From the NCBI GenBank assembly GCA_965541635.1, contig CBEUCN010000002.1, positions 1-59,996 of the forward strand: 59,996 bases of DNA. The letters run 5' to 3'. The DNA comes from an uncultured bacterium (lineage in GTDB: Bacteria; Omnitrophota; Gorgyraeia; Kaelpiales; Kaelpiaceae). A model generated the notes under the pieces. That model made no database searches, had not been told where the DNA came from, and saw only the letters and a list, made by a program, of their open reading frames with translations. The translations under genes and the position numbers were made by a program. Below, one piece after another: positions 9,503 to 18,546 of this stretch (within the stretch, counting starts at the first letter, position 1; each line of letters opens with the position of its first letter).

Positions 9503-10102
9503 ATGAAACTGAGAGCAAAATTTTTTTTGGTTCTATTTGGTGTCATGTTAGTTGCTTTAGGTATATTTTTAATTCTCTATACTTGGGGAGTAGTGGATCA
9601 GAGTGATATTCAGCGTCTTTATTCCGGTATAGAAAGATTTATTCCTATAAAGATTCTTTATACCTTGATTGGAGTAATAACGATAATTTTTGTTATGCTT
9701 TCTCTCAATTTTGTGTGGGCAGGGATGGAAGCGGAAAGAAATATTGCATTCAAAACAGAACATGGAGAGGTGCTGATTACCCTTTCAGCAATAGAGGATT
9801 ATATTCGGAGATTTCTTAAGGAAAAACCAGATATTCGTGATGTAAGAGTTAAGGTAATTGCTAAGAAAATTGCCAGGAAAAAAGGTCTGGTGGTGGCAGT
9901 AAAAACTGCAGTGACATCAGAAATTAAACTTCCTCAACTTACCGAAAGTCTTCAGGAGGATTTAAAGAAAAAGATTCAGGAGATGCTGGGTTTAGAGGAA
10001 CCCATTACTATAAAGGTTTATATTTCCAAAATAGGTGAAAGGAAGAAGAAAGAGAAGGAAGAAGAAGGTGAGGAATTTGTTCCTCCGTTTCGTGAGTTTT
10101 AA
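9503..10102 (+). CDS. Asp23-associated membrane anchor (AmaP-like) protein
   Basis: Two N-terminal TM helices, then an Asp23-like soluble region and an acidic/basic tail. It starts 2 nt after the asp23-like gene. Confidence 0.5.
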   Translation: MKLRAKFFLVLFGVMLVALGIFLILYTWGVVDQSDIQRLYSGIERFIPIKILYTLIGVITIIFVMLSLNFVWAGMEAERNIAFKTEHGEVLITLSAIEDYIRRFLKEKPDIRDVRVKVIAKKIARKKGLVVAVKTAVTSEIKLPQLTESLQEDLKKKIQEMLGLEEPITIKVYISKIGERKKKEKEEEGEEFVPPFREF

Positions 10103-10118
10103 AAAAGGAGGTAGGTAA

Positions 10119-11150
10119 ATGGCAAGGATTGGAATCTTAACGGGGGGAGGTGATTGTCCTGGGCTTAATCCTGTTATTCGAGCAGTGGTCAGGAAGGCAA
10201 TTAATCACAATTTTGAAGTGGTAGGAATAAAAAATGGTTGGAAGGGGATGCTGGAGAGAGATACACTTTCCCTTGATCTCGATGCTATTTCTGGAATTCT
10301 TCCTAAGGGAGGAACTATTCTGGGGACCTCTCGTACTAATCCTTATAAGAAGCAGGAGGATGTCCAGAGGGTAGTTGATAATTTCAAACAGCTGGAGTTA
10401 ACTGCACTGATTGCAGTTGGAGGAGAAGATACGTTAGGAGTTGCTGCTCGTCTCTACAAGGATTTTCAGCTGCCCCTAGTTGGAATTCCTAAAACAATAG
10501 ATAATGATATTGCTGAGACTGATTTTAGTTTTGGCTTTGATACTGCGGTCAATATAGCAATGGAGTGTATTGATAGACTTCATACCACTGCTGAGAGCCA
10601 TCACCGCATTATGGTAGTGGAGACTATGGGAAGACATGCGGGATGGATAGCCACTTATGCTGGTCTTGCTGGCGGTGCTGATGCTATACTCATTCCTGAG
10701 AAACCAATAGATATTGATGAAGTATGTAGTCTGATAATGCGAAGACATGGTCGAGGAAAGAACTTTAGCATTGTAGTAGTGGCTGAAGGTGCAAAATTTA
10801 AAGAGGGAACAATTGTAACTCAAGAAGGTGATGTTGATGAATTTGGTCATGTCAGATTGGGAGGAGTAGGTCATGTGCTAGCGAGATTGATTCAGGAAAA
10901 GACGGGATACGAAACCAGAGTAACTGTTCTTGGCCATATTCAGAGAGGAGGCTCTCCTACTGCTTTTGATCGTATTCTAGGTACAAGATATGGAATACGA
11001 GCCGTGGAGTTAATAATGGAAGGTAAATATGGATATGTTGTCTGTCTTAAAGGGAATAGAATAGAAGAAGCACTGTTAGAGAATGTACTTGGGAAGATAA
11101 AACCAGTGGATGAGGAAATATACCGGATAGCAGAGACATTTTTTGGATAA
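10119..11150 (+). CDS. pfkA: 6-phosphofructokinase, residues suggest PPi-dependent type
   Basis: GILTGGGDCPGLNPVIR, GGEDTLG (Asp104 where ATP-type enzymes have Gly), IPKTIDND (Lys where ATP-type enzymes have Gly), MGRHAG. Confidence 0.9.
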   Translation: MARIGILTGGGDCPGLNPVIRAVVRKAINHNFEVVGIKNGWKGMLERDTLSLDLDAISGILPKGGTILGTSRTNPYKKQEDVQRVVDNFKQLELTALIAVGGEDTLGVAARLYKDFQLPLVGIPKTIDNDIAETDFSFGFDTAVNIAMECIDRLHTTAESHHRIMVVETMGRHAGWIATYAGLAGGADAILIPEKPIDIDEVCSLIMRRHGRGKNFSIVVVAEGAKFKEGTIVTQEGDVDEFGHVRLGGVGHVLARLIQEKTGYETRVTVLGHIQRGGSPTAFDRILGTRYGIRAVELIMEGKYGYVVCLKGNRIEEALLENVLGKIKPVDEEIYRIAETFFG

Positions 11151-11152
11151 GA

Positions 11153-11725
11153 ATGAAGGAAATAATAACTTCCTATATAAAAGAGTCAATTCAGGCAAAA
11201 CAAGATTTTTTTTCTCACAATATAGAAAAAATAATTGAGGCGGCGGAGATTTTAACCAGATGTTTAATAGAAGAGAAGCGAGCAGTTTTTGTCTTTGGAA
11301 ATGGTGGCAGTGCAGCTGATAGCCAGCATTTTGCTGCTGAACTGGTAGGAAGATTTCGCAAAAATAGGTCACCGTTACCAGTATATGCTTTAACTACTAA
11401 TACTTCTACTCTTACTGCGGTTGGTAATGATTATTCATTTGTAGAAATTTTTAAGCGTCAACTGGAAGCATTTTTGAAGCCTCGGGATGTGGTAGTTGCT
11501 ATATCCACCAGTGGGCTTTCACCCAATGTGCTTTCAGCAGTGACTTGGGCAAAAAAAATGGGAGCGTTTGTTATTTCTCTCACTGGAAAGGATGGAGGAA
11601 GATTAAAGGAGATATCGGATATCTCTCTTATTGTCCCCAGCATTCATACTTCAATAATTCAGGAAGTACATATAACCTGTCTACATATATTCAGTTACCT
11701 CATTGAAGAAAAATTAGGTTCCTAA
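11153..11725 (+). CDS. gmhA: D-sedoheptulose 7-phosphate isomerase (SIS domain)
   Basis: FGNGGSAADSQHFAAELVGRF and ISTSG motifs. Confidence 0.85.
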   Translation: MKEIITSYIKESIQAKQDFFSHNIEKIIEAAEILTRCLIEEKRAVFVFGNGGSAADSQHFAAELVGRFRKNRSPLPVYALTTNTSTLTAVGNDYSFVEIFKRQLEAFLKPRDVVVAISTSGLSPNVLSAVTWAKKMGAFVISLTGKDGGRLKEISDISLIVPSIHTSIIQEVHITCLHIFSYLIEEKLGS

Positions 11726-11726
11726 A

Positions 11727-12212
11727 GTGGATAAAAAGATAAAAAGCCTTAATTCCATTTTAAGGATTGTTTCTCGGTTGCGTTCTCAGGGAAAGATCAT
11801 CGGATTTACCAATGGGTGTTTTGATATATTGCATCCTGGACACATAGATTATCTGGAAAGAGCCAAGAAATATGTTGATGTTTTAATTGTGGGATTAAAT
11901 TCTGATAGTTCGGTTAGGAAGATTAAAGGCAATACCCGGCCTTTCAACAATCAGCAAGATAGAGCCAAAGTAATATCCAGCTTGCAGGCTGTAGATTATG
12001 TAGTAATATTTGATACTCCCACACCTTATGAGATTATTTCTCAAATAAAACCTGATTATTTATTTAAAGGAGGAGATTGGAAAAAGGATAAAGTGGTGGG
12101 AAAGAATTTTGTGGAATCTTATGGAGGTAAGGTGAGAATTTTACCCTATCTTAAAGGGTACAGCACAACGGGGATAGCAAAAAAAATATGTACCAAGCTT
12201 TCTACCGCATAA
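11727..12212 (+). CDS. hldC: D-glycero-beta-D-manno-heptose 1-phosphate adenylyltransferase (RfaE domain II type)
   Basis: Cytidylyltransferase-like GFTNGCFDILHPGHIDYL; 161 aa; adjacent to gmhA. Confidence 0.85.
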   Translation: MDKKIKSLNSILRIVSRLRSQGKIIGFTNGCFDILHPGHIDYLERAKKYVDVLIVGLNSDSSVRKIKGNTRPFNNQQDRAKVISSLQAVDYVVIFDTPTPYEIISQIKPDYLFKGGDWKKDKVVGKNFVESYGGKVRILPYLKGYSTTGIAKKICTKLSTA

Positions 12213-12589
12213 TAGATGCTAATTATAATCGAGCCCGAGAAGGATTGCGGGTATGTGAGGATATATTTCGATTTTTGCTATCGGAACCAAATAAGGCACT
12301 TACAATAAAAAAAATCCGGAGGAGGCTGGCTGAAATTATTAGTGAATTTCCAGCGGAGAAGTTACTGCAGGCAAGAAATGTGGAAAAAGATGAAATGAAA
12401 TTTAAATTAGCTGGAGGTAAAAAAGTTGATAGTCATCAATTATTACGCCGAAATTTCCAAAGGGTTACCGAGGCATTAAGAGTTTTGGAGGAGGTAAGTT
12501 CGGTTTTAAATCCCAGATGTAAGAAAAAGTTTATGTCATTGAGGTTTAAAGTTTACGAGTTGGAAAAACTTTTTCTTGCTGATAAATGA
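12188..12589 (+). CDS. ThiE-associated N-terminal domain protein (ThiD2-like), stand-alone
   Basis: YRIIDANYNRAREGLRVCEDIFRF resembles the N-terminal extension fused to ThiE in other lineages. Its stop overlaps the thiE start (ATGA). Confidence 0.5.
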   Translation: MYQAFYRIIDANYNRAREGLRVCEDIFRFLLSEPNKALTIKKIRRRLAEIISEFPAEKLLQARNVEKDEMKFKLAGGKKVDSHQLLRRNFQRVTEALRVLEEVSSVLNPRCKKKFMSLRFKVYELEKLFLADK

Positions 12590-13197
12590 AGTTTCCTTCC
12601 GGAATTAATATATATGCTGTTTCTGATTCTGGATTTGATCATCTTGCATATTTTAAGCAGGTAATAACAGCAGGTGTAGATATTATCCAGTTTAGAGATA
12701 AATATCTTTCTGACCGTGAGTTTTATGAAATAGCTTGCCAACTCCGTAAACTGGCTGCGAAACACCGAAAACTATTTATAATAAATGACCGTATAGATAT
12801 AGCAATGGCAGTTGATTGTGATGGTGTACATTTGGGAAGTGAAGATCTTCCAGTAAATGTTGGTAGAAAGCTTTTGCCTAGCAAGATTATAGGATACTCA
12901 GCACATGACTTTTCTTCTGCAGTTAAAGCCTGCAAACAGGGAGCAGATTATATAAGTGTGGGGCCGATATTTAAAAGTCCAACGAAAAAATTACTTGAAC
13001 CTATCCCCGAGACTGAAATACAATTGATAATACAAAAAATAAAGTTACCCTTAGTTGCTATTGGAGGAATAAATCTTAAAAATATTGTCAAGGTGAAGGA
13101 GATGGGATTTAAAAATGTGGCTGTGATATCTGCTCTTAAGAATTCCAGAGATAAGAAGAAAGTTATAACCAAAATGCGCCAGATTTTGGAAAAATGA
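12586..13197 (+). CDS. thiE: Thiamine-phosphate synthase
   Basis: IIQFRDK, INDRIDIAMAVDCDGVHLG and VAIGGI motifs. Confidence 0.9.
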   Translation: MKFPSGINIYAVSDSGFDHLAYFKQVITAGVDIIQFRDKYLSDREFYEIACQLRKLAAKHRKLFIINDRIDIAMAVDCDGVHLGSEDLPVNVGRKLLPSKIIGYSAHDFSSAVKACKQGADYISVGPIFKSPTKKLLEPIPETEIQLIIQKIKLPLVAIGGINLKNIVKVKEMGFKNVAVISALKNSRDKKKVITKMRQILEK

Positions 13198-14492
13198 CAA
13201 TAATTCAAAGTCTAAAAGCAGGCAAAATACCTGATTTTTTATATAAAATTGCGAACTATGAGGAATTAAACATTAATGATGTAGTGGAGAAAATTTTAAA
13301 AGGCAGGGTTGTTGTTCCCTACAATCCCATCCATTCTCCTAATCGTCCCACGGCTATTGGAGAGGGGTTATATGTGAAAATAAATGTGAATCTTGGTACT
13401 TCCCATGATAAGGAAGACTTAAATCTGGAAATAGAAAAACTTCAGTTAGCACATAAACTTAGTGCTGATACTGTGATGGACCTTTCTATTTCTGGAGACT
13501 TAGATACTATCAGGAGAGAGTTAATAACCAGGTCACAGTTACCTCTGGGGACCGTTCCTGTTTATCAAGTTGCTTTTGAGGCGGGAAAAAAAGGTAATAT
13601 TGGTTATGCTCGTAAGCAAGATTTCTTGGAGGTACTGGTAAAACAAGCAAGGGATGGAGTGGACTTTTTTACAATTCATGCTGGAATAACTAAGAAAGCA
13701 GTGGAACTTTTAACCAATTCTTCCAGATTATTGGGAGTGGTAAGTCGAGGAGGAGCATTACTTGTAGAGTGGATGGTGATCACTGATAGTGAAAATCCAT
13801 TTTATGAAAATTTTGACCAGGTTTTAGAAATCTGCCGAGAATACGATGTTACTATAAGTTTGGGGGATGCTCTCCGTCCTGGTTCGATATTTGATGCTGG
13901 CGATGAGTTGCAGTATCTGGAAACTTTTGTGGTTTCAGAACTTGTCCGACGGGCAAGAGAGGCTGAAGTCCAGGTTATGGTGGAAGGACCAGGACATGTT
14001 CCCTTAAATAAAGTGGAACAAGAAATTAAGGCTATTAAGGAAATAACTTCTGGAGCTCCTCTTTATGTTTTAGGGCCTCTGGTTTTAGATTCCTGTGCAG
14101 GATATGATCATATAAACTCTGCAATTGGTGCGGCAATAGCAGGACTGGCAGGAGCAGATTTTATATGTTATTTAACTCCTGCAGAGCACTTGAGTCTTCC
14201 TGATATCGAGGATGTGCGTCAAGGAATAATGGCTTCCAGAATAGCAACTGAGGCGGTAAATTTTGTTCGCAATAAGAAAAAAACAGTTGCTCGCGAACTG
14301 GAGGTAAGTAAAGCTCGTGCTTCTCGCGATTGGCAGAGACAATTGGAATTTTTCCTTGATAGGGAACGAGCCGCTGAATATAGAAATAAGATACCTCCCC
14401 ATATCTCTGATACTTGTTCTATGTGTAGTAAGTACTGTTCATTGAAGATTGTAGAACAGACTTTAAAAAAACAGGTTTTAAAACCGGAATAA
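13194..14492 (+). CDS. thiC: Phosphomethylpyrimidine synthase (short form)
   Basis: FFTIHAG, VSRGG, MVEGPGH, and the C-terminal CSMCSKYC cluster motif. Confidence 0.95.
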   Translation: MTIIQSLKAGKIPDFLYKIANYEELNINDVVEKILKGRVVVPYNPIHSPNRPTAIGEGLYVKINVNLGTSHDKEDLNLEIEKLQLAHKLSADTVMDLSISGDLDTIRRELITRSQLPLGTVPVYQVAFEAGKKGNIGYARKQDFLEVLVKQARDGVDFFTIHAGITKKAVELLTNSSRLLGVVSRGGALLVEWMVITDSENPFYENFDQVLEICREYDVTISLGDALRPGSIFDAGDELQYLETFVVSELVRRAREAEVQVMVEGPGHVPLNKVEQEIKAIKEITSGAPLYVLGPLVLDSCAGYDHINSAIGAAIAGLAGADFICYLTPAEHLSLPDIEDVRQGIMASRIATEAVNFVRNKKKTVARELEVSKARASRDWQRQLEFFLDRERAAEYRNKIPPHISDTCSMCSKYCSLKIVEQTLKKQVLKPE

Positions 14493-14499
14493 TTTATAT

Positions 14500-14571
14500 G
14501 CGGGCGTAATTCAGGGGCAGAATGCAGGCTTCCCAAGCCTGACGTCGGGGGTTCGAATCCCCTCGCCCGCT
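14500..14571 (+). tRNA. tRNA-Gly (anticodon CCC)
   Basis: Hand-folded cloverleaf. Acceptor GCGGGCG/CGCCCGC. D arm ATTC-AGGGGCA-GAAT. Anticodon arm CAGGC-TTCCCAA-GCCTG. Variable loop ACGTC. T arm GGGGG-TTCGAAT-CCCCT. Discriminator T. No encoded CCA. Confidence 0.92.
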
Positions 14572-14587
14572 TATATTACAGGTTGAG

Positions 14588-15256
14588 ATGAAAAAATATA
14601 TTGTATTTTTAATTGTTTTACTTTCAGGATGTGCTACAATTCCGCCAGAGCAGAGTTACCAAACAATTCCTGCAACTGAGGTTTTTCCTTCTATCCCTCA
14701 GTCTGTATCTAAAGGGGTCTATCATAAAGTTCAGAAAGGAGAGACATTATATCGAATATCCCGAGCCTATAATGTTCCCATTCAGGAGATAGTTAAAGCC
14801 AATAACATTAGCAACCCTGAAATGATTACAGAAGGTCAACTTATATATATACCTGGTGCTAAGAAAACACTGTCTCTTTCCAGTAAAGGGTTTATCTGGC
14901 CTGTAAATGGTAAAATTATAGTTAATTTTCAAGAGAGGACAAAACGAGGAATAAATAAAGGTATCGATATTTTGGCTCAAGAAGATTATAAGGTAAGAGC
15001 AGTTAAAAGTGGAGTAGTTTCTTATGCTGGAGGTGATCTCAAAGGATATGGGAATGTGGTAATAATAGATCATGGTAACAACCTTTATTCGGTGTATGCC
15101 TATGCTTATAAAGTGGTTGTGAATAAAGGAGAATTTGTGAACCAGGGAGAAGAAATTGCACTGTTGTCGTCTCAACATCCTGTGCTTCATTTTGAAATCA
15201 GAAAGGGACATAAACCAGTAAATCCCCTCAATTATTTAGGACTGAAAAATGATTAA
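14588..15256 (+). CDS. LysM + M23 peptidase lipoprotein (NlpD-like)
   Basis: Lipobox LLSGC. LysM segment (YHKVQKGETLYRISRAYNVPIQEIVKANN). M23 motifs GIDI, VIIDHG and HFEIR. Confidence 0.85.
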   Translation: MKKYIVFLIVLLSGCATIPPEQSYQTIPATEVFPSIPQSVSKGVYHKVQKGETLYRISRAYNVPIQEIVKANNISNPEMITEGQLIYIPGAKKTLSLSSKGFIWPVNGKIIVNFQERTKRGINKGIDILAQEDYKVRAVKSGVVSYAGGDLKGYGNVVIIDHGNNLYSVYAYAYKVVVNKGEFVNQGEEIALLSSQHPVLHFEIRKGHKPVNPLNYLGLKND

Positions 15257-16844
15257 AGTAGGACCAGTTCCTCTGGACAGATTCTGTGCTCGCAGGAGTG
15301 AACTTCAAAGATTAGATAAGATAAAGAACGATTTCCTCAATGGATATAGGAGAAATCTTGCTATTTTGGGGCCATTAAACATTGGTAAAACTTCTCTGGT
15401 ATTGAAATATATTCATCATGTTATGGGCAGAGATATTTTCCCCATTTATATAAATCTTGAAGATGGCTTTTTTACCGATAACTTTTTGGGTTCCATTTTT
15501 TTCTTTCTCCATAAATTCACTAATGGTGAAATTACTGATTTAAGCTCTGTTTCGGAAACATTAAAGGAGAGGTTCAGTTATCTTAAGAAATTCGTTGATG
15601 ATCTTGAAGAGTATTATAAAAGAGGCGATTACACCCGCCTTTTCCATCACATACTAAAACTGGATAAGATTATTTATCGCTATTTAAAGTTGAGATGTGT
15701 ATATATAATTGATGAATTTTTTAATTTGGAAAAACTCAGAATTGGTTCTTGGATAAAATTACTTCGGGAAAATATAATGCTTAATAGTAGCTCATTATTT
15801 ATCCTTATTAGCTCTGAAGTGGAAAGAGCAAAGTCGATTTTACATTCAGAATTTTCATTGCTTTTCGGGAATTTTGAAATTTTGGAATTGAAGAAATTAT
15901 CTTATACTGAAGCTATTGAGTTTATTGCCCACAGGAAAATTACTGCTGATCGCAAGATATTGGATAATCTGATTTTTTTAACAGCAGGCTATCCTCTCTA
16001 TCTTGATATTCTTACTGATTGGATCCAGGATAATTTAAAAACACTGGATCGAGAAGGTTTACTTGTTACCATTAGAGAAAATGTTCTTGACAACAAGGGA
16101 TTTCTTTATAGATATTTTCAGGAAAAATTAAAATACTCGCTTCCCTATAAAGAAAATAGAGAATATCTCTGGTTTCTACTGGAGGTAGCAAAAGGGAATA
16201 TTCGCAGAAGAGAATTAGAGGAGAAGTTAAAACCTGGGCTGCTAAATTGTTCCTTAAATGGTCATTTAGAAAAATCTGGCAGTTTTTACCGGCTTAAGGA
16301 TCCGTTATTCCGATTGTGGCTGTTGTATGCTTACCAGCCAGATGTGATGGGATTAAGATTTTCTCACAAGGAGGAACTCAATATCTTTGCTCCTGGTATT
16401 GAGGGTATGATTCCTGAAATCTATAATTGGGATGACAATAGTCACAGAACTCAGATTGTGAAACTCCTTAAAAATTTGCTTTTGGCATTTAATAACGAGT
16501 ATGTGATGGTGAATGATAATAGAAAGATTTTCCCTAAATTTTCTAAAATTATAGAAGAAAATATTTTTGGTGATGTTTTATGTCTGAAATGTGAAAAGAA
16601 AAAAGGAAGGCCCTGGGCAGTAGTAATAAGTTTTAAAGTTATTGATGAACCTCAGGCAGTAGAATTGATAAAATTATTACCCAAAAGGGATTTTTCTAAT
16701 CGGATATGTATAGATTTTTGCAAATTGGATGTGAGTGTAACTACAATTTTAAAAGCCGGTGGATTTTGGATATGGGATGTGGAATTTTTGAACTATTTGC
16801 TGGAATTGTATATTTCAGGTTATGCTGTGATGGGAGGTAATTGA
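15249..16844 (+). CDS. P-loop ATPase of the Arch_ATPase (PF01637)-like type with a DUF234-like C-terminal region
   Basis: Walker A ILGPLNIGKTSL and Walker B VYIIDEF. The FCARRSELQRL lead-in resembles this family. The C-terminal ~130 aa loosely resemble DUF234. Confidence 0.55.
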   Translation: MIKVGPVPLDRFCARRSELQRLDKIKNDFLNGYRRNLAILGPLNIGKTSLVLKYIHHVMGRDIFPIYINLEDGFFTDNFLGSIFFFLHKFTNGEITDLSSVSETLKERFSYLKKFVDDLEEYYKRGDYTRLFHHILKLDKIIYRYLKLRCVYIIDEFFNLEKLRIGSWIKLLRENIMLNSSSLFILISSEVERAKSILHSEFSLLFGNFEILELKKLSYTEAIEFIAHRKITADRKILDNLIFLTAGYPLYLDILTDWIQDNLKTLDREGLLVTIRENVLDNKGFLYRYFQEKLKYSLPYKENREYLWFLLEVAKGNIRRRELEEKLKPGLLNCSLNGHLEKSGSFYRLKDPLFRLWLLYAYQPDVMGLRFSHKEELNIFAPGIEGMIPEIYNWDDNSHRTQIVKLLKNLLLAFNNEYVMVNDNRKIFPKFSKIIEENIFGDVLCLKCEKKKGRPWAVVISFKVIDEPQAVELIKLLPKRDFSNRICIDFCKLDVSVTTILKAGGFWIWDVEFLNYLLELYISGYAVMGGN

Positions 16845-17312
16845 ATGCAAAGATTATGGGCTCCTTGGAGGTCAAAGTATATTCAGACCGTAGATGAGAA
16901 ACCAGAATGTATTTTCTGTGAAAAAGCAAAATCTAAAAATGACCGCAAAAATCTGGTATTGAAAAGAGGTAAATATTGTTTTGTGATTTTAAATATCTAT
17001 CCTTATAACAATGGTCATTTGATGGTTGCTCCTTATAGACATATAAGTCAGATATACCAACTTAAAAAATGCGAAATAATTGAGATATTTCAATTTCTTA
17101 AACAATATCAGATAAAATTAAAGGAGAAGTTAAATCCTGATGGTTTTAATATTGGATTAAATATCGGCCGAGTTGCTGGTGCTGGCTTTGAGTACCATAT
17201 TCATTTTCATATTGTCCCTCGCTGGGAAGGAGATACTAATTTTATGCCGGTGATTTCTAATACCAAGGTGATTTCACAGTCGTTACAAAAGGTTTATAAA
17301 CTCTTGCGTTGA
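16845..17312 (+). CDS. HIT family nucleotide hydrolase/transferase (Ap4A phosphorylase-like)
   Basis: LWAPWRSKYI and CIFC N-terminal pattern, plus histidine triad HIHFHIVPRW. Confidence 0.8.
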   Translation: MQRLWAPWRSKYIQTVDEKPECIFCEKAKSKNDRKNLVLKRGKYCFVILNIYPYNNGHLMVAPYRHISQIYQLKKCEIIEIFQFLKQYQIKLKEKLNPDGFNIGLNIGRVAGAGFEYHIHFHIVPRWEGDTNFMPVISNTKVISQSLQKVYKLLR

Positions 17313-17316
17313 GAAG

Positions 17317-18507
17317 GTGAATAGAGAGGAATATCAGGAACTGGAAGAAAAAATATTAGCCCCTTATGCTGTTTGCAGCAGGAAGAGTAAAGGGAGGAAA
17401 TATCCTGAGCCCGAACACGAGTTTCGGACTTGCTTCCAGAGAGATCGTGATCGTATAATTCATTCCACTGCTTTCCGGAGGCTGGAGTATAAGACTCAGG
17501 TGTTTGTGATCCATGAAGGAGATTATTATCGTACTCGTCTTACCCATACTTTGGAAGTTGCCCAGATTGCTCGATCCATAGCCCGGGCTTTGGGTTTAAA
17601 TACTGATCTGGTAGAAGCCATAGCGTTGGGACACGATATCGGACATACTCCGTTTGGTCATTCTGGAGAGGAGGCTCTCAGAGATTTACTTCGAGACGAG
17701 GGGGGTTTTGATCATAATTTGCAGGGTCTGCGGGTGGTGGATTATTTAGAAGAAAGATACCCGGATTTCCCGGGATTAAACCTTACCTATGAAGTTAGAG
17801 AGGGATTAATAAAACATTCTACCCGCTATGATTTTGGATATCGCTCTCTTACTGAATCTGAGCTTCCTAACTGTTATGGTAATCTTGATTTGAGTGAATT
17901 TTATAATCAGGAAAGGCCGTCTCTGGAAGCTCAGGTGGTGGATGTTGCTGATGAGATTGCCTATGATAATCATGATCTTGATGATGGTTTGACATCAGGA
18001 TTAATAACTGAAGGAGAATTGGAAGAAGTATCTTTATGGAAAGAAGCAGAAAGTGTGGTTAGTAAAAAATATACCAATCTTTCTTTTACTATCAAAAAAC
18101 ATCAGATAATTCGGACTTTGATTGATATAAAAGTAAAGGATTTAATAACTACCTCTTTAAAAAATCTTAAGGATGTGGATAGCGTAAAAGAGGTAAGGAA
18201 GGCTCCTTCCAGATTGATTTCATTCAGTTCTGAAATGGAAGAAAAAAGGGCACCATTAAGAAATTTTCTATATGAGCGACTTTACAATCACTATCGAGTA
18301 GTTCGGATGGCAGAAAAAGCAAAAAGAATTGTTGGAGAATTATTTAATGTTTATCTCAGTCAGCCTACCCAATTACCATCTGAGGTTCAGAATAGAATTA
18401 AAACCGATGGGGTAAAAAGGGCAATTGCTGATTATATTGCTTCCATGACCGATAGATATGCCCAGGATGAATATAAGAAACTTTTTGATCCTTTGACCAG
18501 AGTTTAA
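17317..18507 (+). CDS. dGTPase-like dNTP triphosphohydrolase (HD domain)
   Basis: FQRDRDRIIHSTAFRRLEYKTQVF, RLTHTLEV, LGHDIGHTPFGH and DEIAYDNHDLDD. Confidence 0.85.
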   Translation: MNREEYQELEEKILAPYAVCSRKSKGRKYPEPEHEFRTCFQRDRDRIIHSTAFRRLEYKTQVFVIHEGDYYRTRLTHTLEVAQIARSIARALGLNTDLVEAIALGHDIGHTPFGHSGEEALRDLLRDEGGFDHNLQGLRVVDYLEERYPDFPGLNLTYEVREGLIKHSTRYDFGYRSLTESELPNCYGNLDLSEFYNQERPSLEAQVVDVADEIAYDNHDLDDGLTSGLITEGELEEVSLWKEAESVVSKKYTNLSFTIKKHQIIRTLIDIKVKDLITTSLKNLKDVDSVKEVRKAPSRLISFSSEMEEKRAPLRNFLYERLYNHYRVVRMAEKAKRIVGELFNVYLSQPTQLPSEVQNRIKTDGVKRAIADYIASMTDRYAQDEYKKLFDPLTRV

Positions 18508-18546
18508 TTGTAAAAAATCTCTCCCCGAGTTAAAATATTACCTGAA

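Noticed and set aside
8988-9518. 176-aa minus-strand ORF spanning the accC 3' end and the asp23-like gene
   Set aside because: It is antisense to two well-supported genes. The product is S/F/L/I/T-rich and low in complexity, as expected from the complement of GAA/GAG/AAA-rich coding sequence. No SD or family resemblance.
12100-12200. TPP riboswitch ahead of the thi genes
   Set aside because: No THI-box core motifs are visible, and the region is coding for the heptose adenylyltransferase.
14500-14571. tRNA-Gly as an integration hotspot for a genomic island
   Set aside because: There is no integrase, no visible direct repeat of the tRNA 3' end downstream, and the flanking genes are ordinary housekeeping genes.
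14747-15211. 154-aa minus-strand ORF inside the NlpD-like gene
   Set aside because: It is antisense to a gene with clear LysM and M23 motifs. It looks like junk sequence and has no start context.
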